A DNA stretch of 64,000 nt from an uncultured Planctomycetaceae bacterium (GTDB taxonomy: Bacteria; Planctomycetota; Planctomycetia; Isosphaerales; Isosphaeraceae): positions 2,976,001 to 3,040,000 of the forward strand of contig CAWIAD010000001.1 of NCBI GenBank assembly GCA_963833985.1, read 5' to 3'. The translations under genes and the position numbers were made by a program. This document shows, piece by piece, positions 41,933 to 52,178 of the stretch (position 1 is the stretch's first letter; every line of letters starts with the position of its first letter). The notes under the pieces were generated by a model. The model did no database searches and was not told the DNA's origin. It worked only from the letters and a program-made list of their open reading frames with translations.

Positions 41933-43545
41933 CTTGCGTTCGACCCATCCTTGCGGTGCCCTGGATCGTGGCCCTGGTCGCGCTGCTCCTGGCACCAGGT
42001 CGCTTACCAGCGCAGGCCGAGCCCATTCCGGTGGACGCCGCAGAGCTGGCGCGGCGGGCGGACCTCATCGGCAAGACGGTGAGGGTGGATGACCGTGTCA
42101 GGTTCTATACCTACCATCAGGGACGGGGCTATGACGAGCTCGACCTGAAGCGCACCAATGTCATCTTCCGGCTGCCGGCGCGGCTGCGGCCCGAAACACC
42201 GCCCCGCCCCATGCCGGTGGTGGTTCAGGGGCGCCTGGTGCGCGAGGAGGGCCAGCTTTACTGCGACGTGACGGCGGTGAAGGTCATGCCTGGCGACATG
42301 GAGCGGCTCGACCAGGCCATCGCGGCGCTGCCGGCGCGCGATTTTGCCAGCCGCAAGGCCTGGGCAGCCTGGGCCGAAGGGCGCGGTAAGGCATTCAAGG
42401 AAAATGCGCTGATCCAGCGGGCCAGGGAGCTGCAAGCCGACGCCTTGCGACTGGAGGCCGGGCAAAAGCGGGGGACCGTCGACGCCCCCCGTGAGTGGCT
42501 AGCGCTGGCCGGGGACGCGCGACGCCGCAACATCGCCGAGCCCGAGCCTTCTGCACTGGCGCACAAGGCCCTGCGCTCGCTGCTCGCGTCCGCGGAGAAT
42601 GCCGATTCCGTGCAGGAGCTGATCCCGCTCATTGATCGGCTCTTCCCGCGCGCGGCCGGCGATCAGGCTGCGGGCCGAACGGGCCTGGGCAGGTGGGAGA
42701 ACGCGTACACCGCGGACCCGGAAAACGCCTATCGGAACGCACCGGCCGATGTACGCCGGGCGCTGGACCGAAAGCTCTGGGCCGATGCGGTGGCCCGGCG
42801 CATGGAGCGGCAAGCCGAGCGTGACCCGCAGCAGGCGGTCGAGCTGGCGTCGCGGGCGGCAGCCGAGCTTCCCGAGCGCCCCGAGCTTGCGGGCAACCTG
42901 CTGAAGCGGGGCCTCGATCAGGGCCGGAAGAACCTCCCCGGGCTACGGCTTTCGGAGATCAAGAAGCTGGCCGAAGCTTACCAGGAGCGTCTCAAGGACC
43001 CCCAGGCCGCACTGGAGCTGAAGCGCGAGTGGCTGAAGATTCAGCGGGACCGTCTCAGCCCCACGGACGCGGACGGCCCGATCGCCCTGGCAGCGCTCTA
43101 CGACGAGCTGTTACAGGATCGGGCCTCGGCCAGGGAGCTACTGGAACGAGCCTGGAAGATCGATCCGGGTTCGAAGGAAGTGGCCGAGGCCTTTCGCAGC
43201 CGAGGCTTTCAGCGGGTGAAGGACCAGTGGGTCGACACGGCCCCGACCGCGGCCGGCGCTGGGGCCGGCCCCGGCGCCGCGGATGCGGAGGCAACGGCCT
43301 CTTCCAGCCTGCGCGGCAAGACCCCGGACGAGGTCAGCCTGTTGATGGCGTCGAAACCGGACGGAAAAGCGATTTCCGCAACCAAGGGCCAGCTCATCGA
43401 ACAATGGATCTTCCTGGTTCCGAACCAGCGCCAGGTGCGCTACGTGAACTTCCTGCACGCGCCGGGAGACCTCATGCCCCGGGTTGTCGCCGACTACTTC
43501 CTACCGCTCCGTGTCGTCCACGGACAGTTGAAACCGCAGCATTGA
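41929..43545 (+). CDS. Secreted hypothetical protein (helical repeat-like)
   Basis: Signal peptide ending AQA; 538 aa; ATGA overlap with the upstream gene. Confidence 0.75.
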   Translation: MTCVRPILAVPWIVALVALLLAPGRLPAQAEPIPVDAAELARRADLIGKTVRVDDRVRFYTYHQGRGYDELDLKRTNVIFRLPARLRPETPPRPMPVVVQGRLVREEGQLYCDVTAVKVMPGDMERLDQAIAALPARDFASRKAWAAWAEGRGKAFKENALIQRARELQADALRLEAGQKRGTVDAPREWLALAGDARRRNIAEPEPSALAHKALRSLLASAENADSVQELIPLIDRLFPRAAGDQAAGRTGLGRWENAYTADPENAYRNAPADVRRALDRKLWADAVARRMERQAERDPQQAVELASRAAAELPERPELAGNLLKRGLDQGRKNLPGLRLSEIKKLAEAYQERLKDPQAALELKREWLKIQRDRLSPTDADGPIALAALYDELLQDRASARELLERAWKIDPGSKEVAEAFRSRGFQRVKDQWVDTAPTAAGAGAGPGAADAEATASSSLRGKTPDEVSLLMASKPDGKAISATKGQLIEQWIFLVPNQRQVRYVNFLHAPGDLMPRVVADYFLPLRVVHGQLKPQH

Positions 43546-44068
43546 CGGCACGTCTTGATGAAATCTATCGTACACGCTGTTTTTTTTCATTGATTTTTTG
43601 AAAATCGGCTTCACAATGTGGAGGCTTTCCCGCCCCGAGAGCCTTCCTTCGATCGCTGCCTCGGCGTGTCCGTCCTGCCTTGGCCGAGTGTCCTTCTCCC
43701 CACTCCGGATCGGCTTGGAGTCTCGCTGTCCCGGGTGGCTGAAAGGACGAACGAAAATCCGAAGAATTTCGTCAAACCTTTGGCTGGCGGAGACGTATTA
43801 TTGCTGGGGATCAGCCGATCGGCGGCATCGCTTGCCGGTGGCGCATAATGTGCTTGATGGAGTCGATCGGATTGAGGAACCGAGGTAGCGTCCTTTGCCT
43901 CACTGGATCGGCTGCTTCTCACGGACCCGGGTCGGACGATGTATGTGCTATCATCCTATTGAAATTGAGCTGGTCTATCTGATCGACCGGTCATCCGTGG
44001 CGATGTGGGTCGGTGGGGTTGATCCCCGCTACCAGTGATCCGCGTAGTATTACACCAGGAGGTGTTCC

Positions 44069-44551
44069 ATGGCCCGTAAAGACGCTTTGCTCAGACTCAC
44101 CTCGCGCCTGGTCGCTCGCCGCGATGCGCTGCGGAAAGCCATTAATGGCGATCTTGACAGCTTTCGCAAGTTTTCGTCCGTCAGCGGAGTGGGCGATAAC
44201 GTGGATGCCGCCGTCGATTCGGCCAACGATGAAATCAGCTCGCAACTGGTGGAAATCGAAAGCCGTGAACTGAGCCAAATCGAACATGCCCTACAGCGGA
44301 TCGGCGCAGGGGTCTATGGCCGTTGCGAGTTCTGCGGAGGCAAGATCTCGGAAGCTCGGCTCAACGCACTTCCTTACACCAATAGCTGCATTGACTGCCA
44401 GCGCGAGAACGAGCGTCTGGGCGCGAACCGCCTGGACGGCGAGTCGGCACGGTGGGCCAAGGTGTTCGAGAAGCCGATGGACGACAGCGAGGGCGACGCC
44501 CCGATCAACCTGAGCGACTTCGAGATGGACTTCAGCGAGACCGGACGCTGA
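44069..44551 (+). CDS. dksA: DksA/TraR family C4 zinc-finger regulator
   Basis: SD AGGAGG; DNVDAA coiled-coil tip, YGRCEFCGGKI..ARLNALP...CIDCQ. Confidence 0.9.
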   Translation: MARKDALLRLTSRLVARRDALRKAINGDLDSFRKFSSVSGVGDNVDAAVDSANDEISSQLVEIESRELSQIEHALQRIGAGVYGRCEFCGGKISEARLNALPYTNSCIDCQRENERLGANRLDGESARWAKVFEKPMDDSEGDAPINLSDFEMDFSETGR

Positions 44552-44592
44552 TACGGCCCTGATTCGCCAGGTGAAGCGTGCGATCGGATCAT

Positions 44593-44624
44593 GCCGCCGG
44601 AGACCTCTCCGGCGGCTTTCATTT
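44593..44624 (+). terminator. Intrinsic terminator-like hairpin between convergent dksA and RRM genes
   Basis: GCCGCCGGAG-ACCT-CTCCGGCGGC followed by TTTCATTT. Confidence 0.65.
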
Positions 44625-44650
44625 CGAAGGACAGATGTTCGCGTGAAGAC

Positions 44651-45022
44651 TCAGTAGCGGTCCCGATCCCGGCCACCACCGCCACCGTAGCCACCACCAC
44701 CACCTCCACCTCCACCGCCATAGCCGCCTCCGCTACCACCACCGTAGCCACCACCACCTCCGCTGCGGGGCTCGCGCGGGCGGGCCTCGTTCACGGTCAG
44801 CCGACGGCCACCATGGTCCTGATCATGAAGTCCCCGGATCGCCTCCTGGGCTTCGGCATCGGAATCCATCTCCACGAACCCGAAGCCCTTGCTGCGCCCG
44901 GTGTCACGGTCCGTGATGACCTGTGCACTCTGAACCGTTCCAAACTGGGAAAAGAGTTGCTCAAGATCCGAGCTGGTCACCTTGTAGGAAAGGTTGCCGA
45001 CGTACAGTTTCTTGCCCACCAT
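44651..45022 (-). CDS. RRM RNA-binding protein with Gly-rich tail
   Basis: KKLYVGNL (RNP2), SKGFGFVEM (RNP1), LTVNEARPR, GGGY repeats. Confidence 0.95.
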   Translation of the reverse strand: MVGKKLYVGNLSYKVTSSDLEQLFSQFGTVQSAQVITDRDTGRSKGFGFVEMDSDAEAQEAIRGLHDQDHGGRRLTVNEARPREPRSGGGGGYGGGSGGGYGGGGGGGGGGYGGGGGRDRDRY

Positions 45023-45187
45023 CAATCTCCTAGCGAAATCACGTCGGCCCTCGGTTGCCTTTCCGGGCCGAGAGGAAAGGGATCGGTCAAGATCCAAAGA
45101 GCGGAACGGCAGGGGGACGAAGGCGGCGAAGGTGGATTCCGGGAAGGATCGACATCGCAAACTCGGCTCGTTCCCAACCAATCGAGG

Positions 45188-45193
45188 ATTATA
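45188..45193 (-). promoter_or_regulatory. Candidate -10 box of the RRM gene
   Basis: Perfect TATAAT on the minus strand ~165 bp upstream of the start, with an AT-rich tract further upstream; -35 weak. Confidence 0.4.
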
Positions 45194-45323
45194 CGATACA
45201 CGGAACGGCCCGGTAGGCCGTCTCTCATTTTTTTCACAGAATTTGAAAGTTTTAACCGAAACACTGCCGGGGATGCTGCCCGAATGGGGCGCGAACGCCT
45301 GGCCGCTGCCGCGCGGGGATGGC

Positions 45324-46232
45324 TCAGCCGCCCGCATCGACGCTCAGCACGAGCAACACGTCTCCATCCGCCAGGTGGGTTGACGGATCGTTGGTGAATT
45401 GCCGGCCGTTCAGGTTCAGGATGTAAGCCGCGTGCAGGGCACCGGCCTCACTGATGACCGTGCCGCGGAGCCCGGGGCAGGCCCGGCACGCGGCGCCCAG
45501 CGCGGCTGCGATATGATCCGCGTCGACCTCGATCCGGCCCACCCCGGCACGCAGCCGCGGGACACCATAAAACTCCAGCGTGACGTGCCGCGGTCGGGGT
45601 TCGCCCGCCGCCGGGGGATGATCTGGCGGGTTCAGTCCAGCGGCCTTCCGGGCCAACTCGTAGTCTTCCGGACTGTTCAGGTTGCGCAGCGTGGCCAGCT
45701 CCGGGTCCACGTCGCGAAGCTCCTCGGCGGCTACGATGCGGGTTCGCAGGATCTCGGACAGAAACACCGGGCGCAGGCGGTCGGCTTGCAGCAGCGCGCG
45801 GGTTGCGGGCAAGGCAGCCTCTTTGCGGTAAAGCGCAGCGAGCGGGTGGAAGAAACCATCGCACCGGGGGATGGCCAGGTCATGGCCGCCGATCAGCTCG
45901 GCCATGCGCTCGATCCAGGATGGCTGGAGGAAGGGCACGTCGGTTGCCGTGGCATACACCAGGTCCGCCTCGCCAGGAAGCGCGGCCAGGCCGGCAGCCA
46001 GACCCTCGAGTGGTCCCCGGCCGCGCTGGGGATCGCGTGCGATGATCACCGAACCCGGGAGAGGGGGCAGTTCCTGTCCCGGGGCGGCCACCACGGCGAT
46101 CGGTGCGGCCACCGCGGACGCCAGGCGCACCACGCGCTGGAGCAGGTATTCCGCACCAAAAGGGAGCCAGGCCTTGGGCCGGCCCATCCGCCGGCTCTCG
46201 CCCCCGCACAGGATGACCGCCGCAACCTGCAT
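45324..46232 (-). CDS. mobA: Molybdenum cofactor guanylyltransferase fused to a C-terminal MoaD/ThiS-like domain
   Basis: ILCGGESRRMGRPKA, GPLEGL, TDVPF, HPLAALY, NLNSPEDY; then VTLEFYG...LNG...L.DGD.L..LSVDAGG*. Confidence 0.88.
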   Translation of the reverse strand: MQVAAVILCGGESRRMGRPKAWLPFGAEYLLQRVVRLASAVAAPIAVVAAPGQELPPLPGSVIIARDPQRGRGPLEGLAAGLAALPGEADLVYATATDVPFLQPSWIERMAELIGGHDLAIPRCDGFFHPLAALYRKEAALPATRALLQADRLRPVFLSEILRTRIVAAEELRDVDPELATLRNLNSPEDYELARKAAGLNPPDHPPAAGEPRPRHVTLEFYGVPRLRAGVGRIEVDADHIAAALGAACRACPGLRGTVISEAGALHAAYILNLNGRQFTNDPSTHLADGDVLLVLSVDAGG

Positions 46233-46423
46233 GACCACCTCACCTCTCGCTCTGCCAGGTTTCCGATCGCCCTGGACCTGTTGCCAAATTACCACGGACG
46301 AGTCACTTCCTGGCAGCCACGCGTAATTCTTGTAGACGAGAAACGCACGCTGTTGAGCAAAGAACACCGACCGTCGATCGGCATGATGCCGATCATCGCT
46401 CCCCGATGACGTGGAGGACGAGG

Positions 46424-46870
46424 ATGAGTCACGCAAGCACGACATTCTCCCCGGCAACCCTCCCCTGTCAGCTCCTGACCTGCACCGCACTGGCAGCCGC
46501 CTTGCTGGTCGAGACCTGCGGCCTGATCGGCGATTTCCGGTCAGCGCAGGCCAGCGTCGGCAACAATCGTACGGTGCAATCTTCCTCCATCCCGGTGCAG
46601 CTTCTCACCCTCCGTACGAGCGTCTCGGCAGCCGCCCGGGCAAGCACCGGCGCCGCTGCGAACGGCGTGAGGACGAGTGAAGAGATGCGAGAACAGGTCG
46701 ATCGTCTGCCGGACGGCCCCGCCTCCGAGCCCCCGGTTCACGCGCGGCGACGTCGCGGCGATTACCGCTCGACGGCCACCACAACAGTGAAGCGATCGCT
46801 CAGGAATCGCCTGCTGCTGCATCCTCCCGGCACCGGCCAGCATTTCCCGGACCTGGTGAACGAGCACTGA
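46424..46870 (+). CDS. Possible hypothetical protein
   Basis: GGAGG..GAGG SD and a hydrophobic N-terminal stretch; no recognised motif. Confidence 0.3.
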   Translation: MSHASTTFSPATLPCQLLTCTALAAALLVETCGLIGDFRSAQASVGNNRTVQSSSIPVQLLTLRTSVSAAARASTGAAANGVRTSEEMREQVDRLPDGPASEPPVHARRRRGDYRSTATTTVKRSLRNRLLLHPPGTGQHFPDLVNEH

Positions 46871-47052
46871 GCCGCGCCTGGCCCTGGCCCCGAGCCGCTC
46901 GTGTCGCGGCGGACCAGCCCGTCATCCCACCGGCGGTGCGGGCTTGATGCCGGCGGAACGCGGGCCGGATAATCTCCTGGACCGCGGCTGACGGACCGCA
47001 AGGCCCGGATGGCGCAGGACCCGGATCGAAAGACACCACCAGGAGATGGCCC

Positions 47053-49344
47053 ATGCCTCCTTTGATCGCGGTGCTCACAGGTAGCTGGCTGGCGATCTGC
47101 GGCGGTGCCGACGGAGCTCCACCGCCGGTACCATTCGCCGTACCGGCCGGTCTGCCAGACCGCGCCGAGGTGCTCTCACCGGCACAGGTTCACCTGGACG
47201 GCTGGTTGGGTGCACGGGTCGATGCCAACGAGAAGAACCGGCTCCTGGTCGTCGACATGGAGCCGCTCCTGGCGGGCTACCGCAAGCGGCCCGGCAGCCA
47301 TCCCTGGATCGGCGAGCACGTGGGCAAGTGGCTGCACGCAGCGACCCTGGCCTGGGTCTACACCGGCGATGCCGCGCTCAAGGCCAAGCTTGACCGCGTG
47401 GCGGCCGACCTCATCGCCTGCAAGGAGCCAGACGGCTACCTGGGCACGTATGTTCCAGAAAAGCGATTCGGACTTTACCGGGAGGCGGACTGGGACGTCT
47501 GGTCACACAAATACAACTTGATCGGACTGCTCACCTATTACCAGTACACTGGCAACGGTCCTGCGCTCGATTGCTGCCGCAAGATGGCCGATCTGTTGAT
47601 CGCCACGTTTCCCGGCAAGAAAAGCATCCTCAAGGCCGGAACGCACGTAGGGATGGCGGCGACCAGCGTGCTCGAGCCGGTGGTCTTGCTGTACCGGTTG
47701 ACGGGCGACCGGCGGTATCTGGAGTTCGCCCATTACATCGTCAAGTCGTGGGACGAGCCCGGCGGACCGGCCATCGCGGCGACGCTCCGCGCAGCGCTGG
47801 GCGTGAACCGGACGGCCAACGGCAAGGCCTATGAGATGCTCTCGAACCTCGTTGGCCTGTGCGAACTGGCCCGAGCCGACGGCGACCGCGCGCTGCTCCA
47901 GCCCGTCTTGAACGCCTGGCAGGATATCGTGGACAAGCGACTTTACCTCACCGGCAGTGCCAGTGCGGGAGAGCTTTTCCGCGACGACCACATCCTGCCC
48001 AACCAGCCGGGGCGGAATATCGGCGAGACCTGTGTGACCACCACGTGGATCCAGCTCAACCTCCAGCTCTTGCGGCTCACGGGGATGGCGAAGTTCGGCA
48101 ACGAGATCGAGCGCTCGCTGTACAACCACCTGGCGGCCGCCCAGCACCCGCGCGGCGACGACTGGTGTTACTACACGGCCCTGGAGGGTAAGAAGCCCTA
48201 CGACTCCGGGATCACCTGCTGCCATTCCAGCGGCCCGCGAGGCATGGCACTCGCACCTCAAAGCGCTTATCTGAAGTGGAACCAGGATGGCGCCGAGGCC
48301 CTGGCGGTGAGCACCTTCGAAAGCTCCCGGGCAAGGCTCATCCTTGGCGGGCAGGAAGTAACCTGCGAGCAGTTCAGCGAGTTTCCGCGCAGCGGGCGGT
48401 CGGAAATCACGATGCATCTCGCCCGACCGGCGAAGTTCGGGCTGCTGGTGCGCCAGGCGCCCTGGGCCGGCCCTCTGGTCGTGAGCGTGGGAGGGGTCCG
48501 GGTCGAGGCCCAATCGCAGGACGGCTGGTCCGTGATCCCGGCGCGGGAGTGGAAGGACGGAGATCGTCTCAGCCTGGCGTTCCGTCTTGCCCTCGAGCAG
48601 ACGGTGGGAGACTACGGTAACCGAGGACGTGTTGCGTACTCATGGGGGCCGTTCGTGCTGGCGGTTGACCCGCGGGCGACGGCCGGTCTTCCGGCCGGAG
48701 GGGAACCAGGGTTCCACGAAGCCCGATCCGGGACGATCGGAGCCAGTTTCGTCATCCGGGCCGCGCACTCACTGCCGCACGGCAAGAACTCAGCGCCTGC
48801 GGTCTTTGTGTCGTTCGCCGACGCGGGCGCCACGGGCGGCCGCTATGTCGTCTGGGTACCGCTCGATCCGAACATCTCGGCGCTGCTCGCGCAGGGAGAG
48901 GAGAGCCGGTCGCGCCCGGGCAACCAGGACGGATCGATCAACGATGGCGATCGATCCAGCTTCGTCGTGACCTTTGACGGAGCGAAGGCCGGGGAAGACT
49001 GGTACGCCGTGACGCTTGCGAAGCCAGCAAGAATCAACCGGGTGGCGTTCACGCACGGGCAGAACTTCCACGACGGCGGCTGGTTCGACACCAGCGGCGG
49101 TAAGCCGCGGGTGCAGCTTCAGAAAGAATGCGGAGGCGCCTGGCAGTCCGTGGGAGAGCTGACCGGCTACCCGGCCACGACAGCGACCGACGGCAAGGCT
49201 CTTGAGGAGGGTGGCACCTTCGAGCTCCGGCTCGCCATGCCGATGCTGGCGACTGCGATCCGCGTGGTGGGCGTGCCGTCGTGCGGCGACAACCCGAACC
49301 AGGCATTCTCTTCATGCGGCGAGATCGAGGCCTTCTCCGACTGA
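47053..49344 (+). CDS. GH127 beta-L-arabinofuranosidase-like protein with C-terminal beta-sandwich
   Basis: Signal peptide; WIGEHVGKW, DGYLG, GETCVT, ERSLYN, TCCHSSGPRG. Confidence 0.88.
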   Translation: MPPLIAVLTGSWLAICGGADGAPPPVPFAVPAGLPDRAEVLSPAQVHLDGWLGARVDANEKNRLLVVDMEPLLAGYRKRPGSHPWIGEHVGKWLHAATLAWVYTGDAALKAKLDRVAADLIACKEPDGYLGTYVPEKRFGLYREADWDVWSHKYNLIGLLTYYQYTGNGPALDCCRKMADLLIATFPGKKSILKAGTHVGMAATSVLEPVVLLYRLTGDRRYLEFAHYIVKSWDEPGGPAIAATLRAALGVNRTANGKAYEMLSNLVGLCELARADGDRALLQPVLNAWQDIVDKRLYLTGSASAGELFRDDHILPNQPGRNIGETCVTTTWIQLNLQLLRLTGMAKFGNEIERSLYNHLAAAQHPRGDDWCYYTALEGKKPYDSGITCCHSSGPRGMALAPQSAYLKWNQDGAEALAVSTFESSRARLILGGQEVTCEQFSEFPRSGRSEITMHLARPAKFGLLVRQAPWAGPLVVSVGGVRVEAQSQDGWSVIPAREWKDGDRLSLAFRLALEQTVGDYGNRGRVAYSWGPFVLAVDPRATAGLPAGGEPGFHEARSGTIGASFVIRAAHSLPHGKNSAPAVFVSFADAGATGGRYVVWVPLDPNISALLAQGEESRSRPGNQDGSINDGDRSSFVVTFDGAKAGEDWYAVTLAKPARINRVAFTHGQNFHDGGWFDTSGGKPRVQLQKECGGAWQSVGELTGYPATTATDGKALEEGGTFELRLAMPMLATAIRVVGVPSCGDNPNQAFSSCGEIEAFSD

Positions 49345-49379
49345 ATGTCGTTCCTCTTGAAGCTCTCCGAAAGGGGACC

Positions 49380-50723
49380 GTGCACGTGCTGAAAGCCGAC
49401 CGCCTCCTCGCGCAGACATTCCACGCTTCCGTGTTCCTGCTGGCCGCATCCGTTGCGCTCGCGCGCGGCGAGGAGCCGCGGCCGAACATCGTGCTGGTCC
49501 TCGCGGACGACCTGGGCTGGGGTGATGTCGGCTTCAACGGCCGCACCGAGTGGAGCACGCCCCACCTGGACCGGTTGGCAGGGCAGGGGGTGATGCTGAA
49601 GAACTGCTACTCGGCGGCTGTGGTCTGTGCCCCCAGCCGTGGAGCGCTCCTCACCGGCAAGTACACGATCCATTCCGGAGTGCGCCGCAACGATGACGAC
49701 CTGCCGACCGAGGAGGTCACGATCGCCGAGGCACTCAAGTCAGTCGGCTACGCGACAGCCCTCTTCGGAAAGTGGCATCAAGGTCGACCACGAACTGGCC
49801 GCGCCTATCCGCTGCACCCCATGGCCCAGGGATTCGACGAGTTCTTCGGCTTCACCAACGCGGTCAAGGCCTGGGAGAAGTTTCCGAAAACGCTCTGGGA
49901 CGGGCACAAGGAGGTCCCGGTATCGGGCTATTTCGACGACCTGATCACCGATCGGGCGGTCGAGTTTCTCGGCCGCCAGAGCAAGCCGTTCTTCCTCGAG
50001 GTCGCCTACACGGCAAGCCACTTCCATATCGCGGCTCCAGCGGAGGAGGTCGATCGGTACCGCGGCAAGTTCCACGAAAGCGACCCGGACCACCCTGTAC
50101 AGGCCACCTATGCCGCCATGGTGAGCCGGCTGGACGGGAACATCGGTCGGCTGCTCAAGTGCCTCGACGAGCGGCAACTTACCAGCAACACCCTGGTGTT
50201 CTTCACCAGCGACCAGGGTGCTACCTTCGAGAAAGGGAACGCCGGCGCCAGCTCGTCACTGGACAGCAATCGGCCCTTTCGAGGCCAGAAACGCACACTC
50301 TGGGAGGGAGGTATCCGCGTACCGGGGCTGGCGCGGTGGCCTGGTCACATCCCCGCCGGCTCCGTGTGCACCGAGAATATTCATCTCACCGACCTCCTGC
50401 CCAGCTTCCTGGCTGCCGCGCGAGCGGCCGTCGATCCTTCCTGGCACGTTGACGGGGCGAACATGCTGCCGGTCTGGGAAGGGCGAACGCACGGAACGGC
50501 CCGAACGCTGTTCTGGGAGTGGCAAAGCGATGGCTACGATCAGCTCGCCGCCCTGCGCGGTGGTTTCAAGCTGGTCGTCACCCGCGGCGGTAAACCCGAG
50601 CTTTATGACCTGACCTCCGACCCGGAGGAGCGCCGGGATGTGGCAGCCAGTCAGCCGGATCTGGCCCGCCAGCTCGACGAGGAACTGAAGGCCTGGCTGG
50701 CCACCGAGGTCAAGCGGCCTTGA
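49380..50723 (+). CDS. Arylsulfatase (FGly-dependent, S1)
   Basis: PNIVLVLADDLGWGD, CAPSRGALLTG, GKWH, SDQG, WEGGIRVP, ELYDL..DP.E. Confidence 0.93.
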   Translation: MHVLKADRLLAQTFHASVFLLAASVALARGEEPRPNIVLVLADDLGWGDVGFNGRTEWSTPHLDRLAGQGVMLKNCYSAAVVCAPSRGALLTGKYTIHSGVRRNDDDLPTEEVTIAEALKSVGYATALFGKWHQGRPRTGRAYPLHPMAQGFDEFFGFTNAVKAWEKFPKTLWDGHKEVPVSGYFDDLITDRAVEFLGRQSKPFFLEVAYTASHFHIAAPAEEVDRYRGKFHESDPDHPVQATYAAMVSRLDGNIGRLLKCLDERQLTSNTLVFFTSDQGATFEKGNAGASSSLDSNRPFRGQKRTLWEGGIRVPGLARWPGHIPAGSVCTENIHLTDLLPSFLAAARAAVDPSWHVDGANMLPVWEGRTHGTARTLFWEWQSDGYDQLAALRGGFKLVVTRGGKPELYDLTSDPEERRDVAASQPDLARQLDEELKAWLATEVKRP

Positions 50724-50748
50724 GGCCGGCATCGCTGCCCCTGCGGCC

Positions 50749-51255
50749 TCATTCCGAACCTGAGCGATGGAGCCAGATCTCCTCGAGCACGGAGTAGCCG
50801 CCAGGCTTCAATCCCAGTGCCTGGTAGACCTTTTGCGCGGGCAGGTTGCCATTCTCGACGTAGAGCCGCATGCCGATGACGTCGCGGACAGCCAGCGCCT
50901 GGCTGTACACGTGACGGTAGAGAGCTTTGAAAACACCGCGGCCCCGGTAGCCGGGTGCGACGTAGACGCTTTGCAGCCACCAGACCCAGCCATTGCGCCA
51001 GTCGCTCCACTCCCGTGTGACGGCGGTCTGGCCGATCAGCAGGCACTCGCTTCCGGTGGTCAGCTCGGCGACCCAGTAGCGAAGGCGGTCCGGATCGGCC
51101 AGGGCGCGGGCAACCCCCTGTTCAAGGATGGCGGCATCGAGCGTTTTGTTCTCGGTCTCGAACGCCAGCAAGCGATTGAACTCGGCGATGCGTGGGCGGT
51201 CGGCTGGAACAGCGTCGCGAATGAGAGGCACGATCGGTGCAAGGTGCTCGGCCAT
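50749..51255 (-). CDS. GNAT family N-acetyltransferase
   Basis: EWSDWRNG..WWLQSVYV...RGRGVF..LY, RLYVE..N..AQ.VY..LG. Confidence 0.9.
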   Translation of the reverse strand: MAEHLAPIVPLIRDAVPADRPRIAEFNRLLAFETENKTLDAAILEQGVARALADPDRLRYWVAELTTGSECLLIGQTAVTREWSDWRNGWVWWLQSVYVAPGYRGRGVFKALYRHVYSQALAVRDVIGMRLYVENGNLPAQKVYQALGLKPGGYSVLEEIWLHRSGSE

Positions 51256-52178
51256 CAGAGACGGTCGCTCCGCTTGTCGCGTGCACGCCGGCTCGCTTCC
51301 TGGAGCACGCGGTGGTCCTCCTCGGTGAGGCCCCCGCGCCCCTCGCGAGCGATCTTGGCCAGGACCTCGTCGAGCCGGGCGTCGAGCTGTTCCTCGGGAA
51401 GCACCGTCACCGGCGAGGTCCGAACACCCACGGCCTCGCCCGCCGACCGGCTTGATCCGGGAGGCCGGCTGCGCGGCTGCTCGGCGGGCATGGGGGTGAA
51501 AATGCGGAGCCGCGGACGGCGGATCCTGCCACTGACCAGTCGGGACCAGCGGAGGTCGAATTGCTTGTAGCAAAACGCGAATGCCGCACCCATCAGGTGG
51601 GCCTGGTAAGCCACCTGGCGGCTGTCGCCGATGAGGGGAAAGATCAGGTAGATACCCAGCAGCACCCACATCGGCATGGGCAGGAAAAAGAAATAGATCT
51701 CGCGCCTGGGGTAGTACAACGTGTACAGGGTGACCACCGCCATGACCGCGCCCGAGGCCCCCAGCATGTGGCGCTCCATGGCGAAGGGCCCGCCGGAGAA
51801 GGCCGCCATCACCGCCCATCCCAGGGTGCTCACACCGCCGGCGAGCAGGTAGAACGCAAGGAAGTCGCGGCTCCCGTAAAGCTGCTCCATCTCCCGGCCC
51901 ACGAGCCAGAGGAACCACATGTTGCCAAGGATGTGCAGGATGTTGGAATGCAGGAACGTCGCCGTCCAGAGCTGCCAGATCCGTCCGTGCTGGAAGATGG
52001 CATCGGGAGATGCTTCGAGCCAGTCCACGAAGAGGGGATTGTCGTAGCCCAGCGCATTCTGAACCAGGAAAGCCGCGGCGTTGATCACGATCAGCGTGTT
52101 GCACCAGGGCGAGGCACCGCTGAACCAGCCGGCCCCCCCCGATTCACCACGGTAGTACTCGCGGTCGTAAATTCCCAT
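51255..52178 (-). CDS. Rhomboid family intramembrane serine protease
   Basis: MGIYDREYYR, HILGNM, GASG, AHLMGA; C-terminal LDEVLAKI...G..GLT.E. Confidence 0.92.
   Translation of the reverse strand: MGIYDREYYRGESGGAGWFSGASPWCNTLIVINAAAFLVQNALGYDNPLFVDWLEASPDAIFQHGRIWQLWTATFLHSNILHILGNMWFLWLVGREMEQLYGSRDFLAFYLLAGGVSTLGWAVMAAFSGGPFAMERHMLGASGAVMAVVTLYTLYYPRREIYFFFLPMPMWVLLGIYLIFPLIGDSRQVAYQAHLMGAAFAFCYKQFDLRWSRLVSGRIRRPRLRIFTPMPAEQPRSRPPGSSRSAGEAVGVRTSPVTVLPEEQLDARLDEVLAKIAREGRGGLTEEDHRVLQEASRRARDKRSDRL

Noticed and set aside
43546..44068. Possible ncRNA in the 520-bp gap before dksA
   Set aside because: AT-rich promoter-like tracts, but no recognisable riboswitch, tRNA or sRNA structure
44651..45337. 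228-aa version of the RRM protein; likewise N-terminal extensions in the ORF track for mobA, DinB, GNAT, dgoD and DUF4132
   Set aside because: SD position and family motifs indicate later starts
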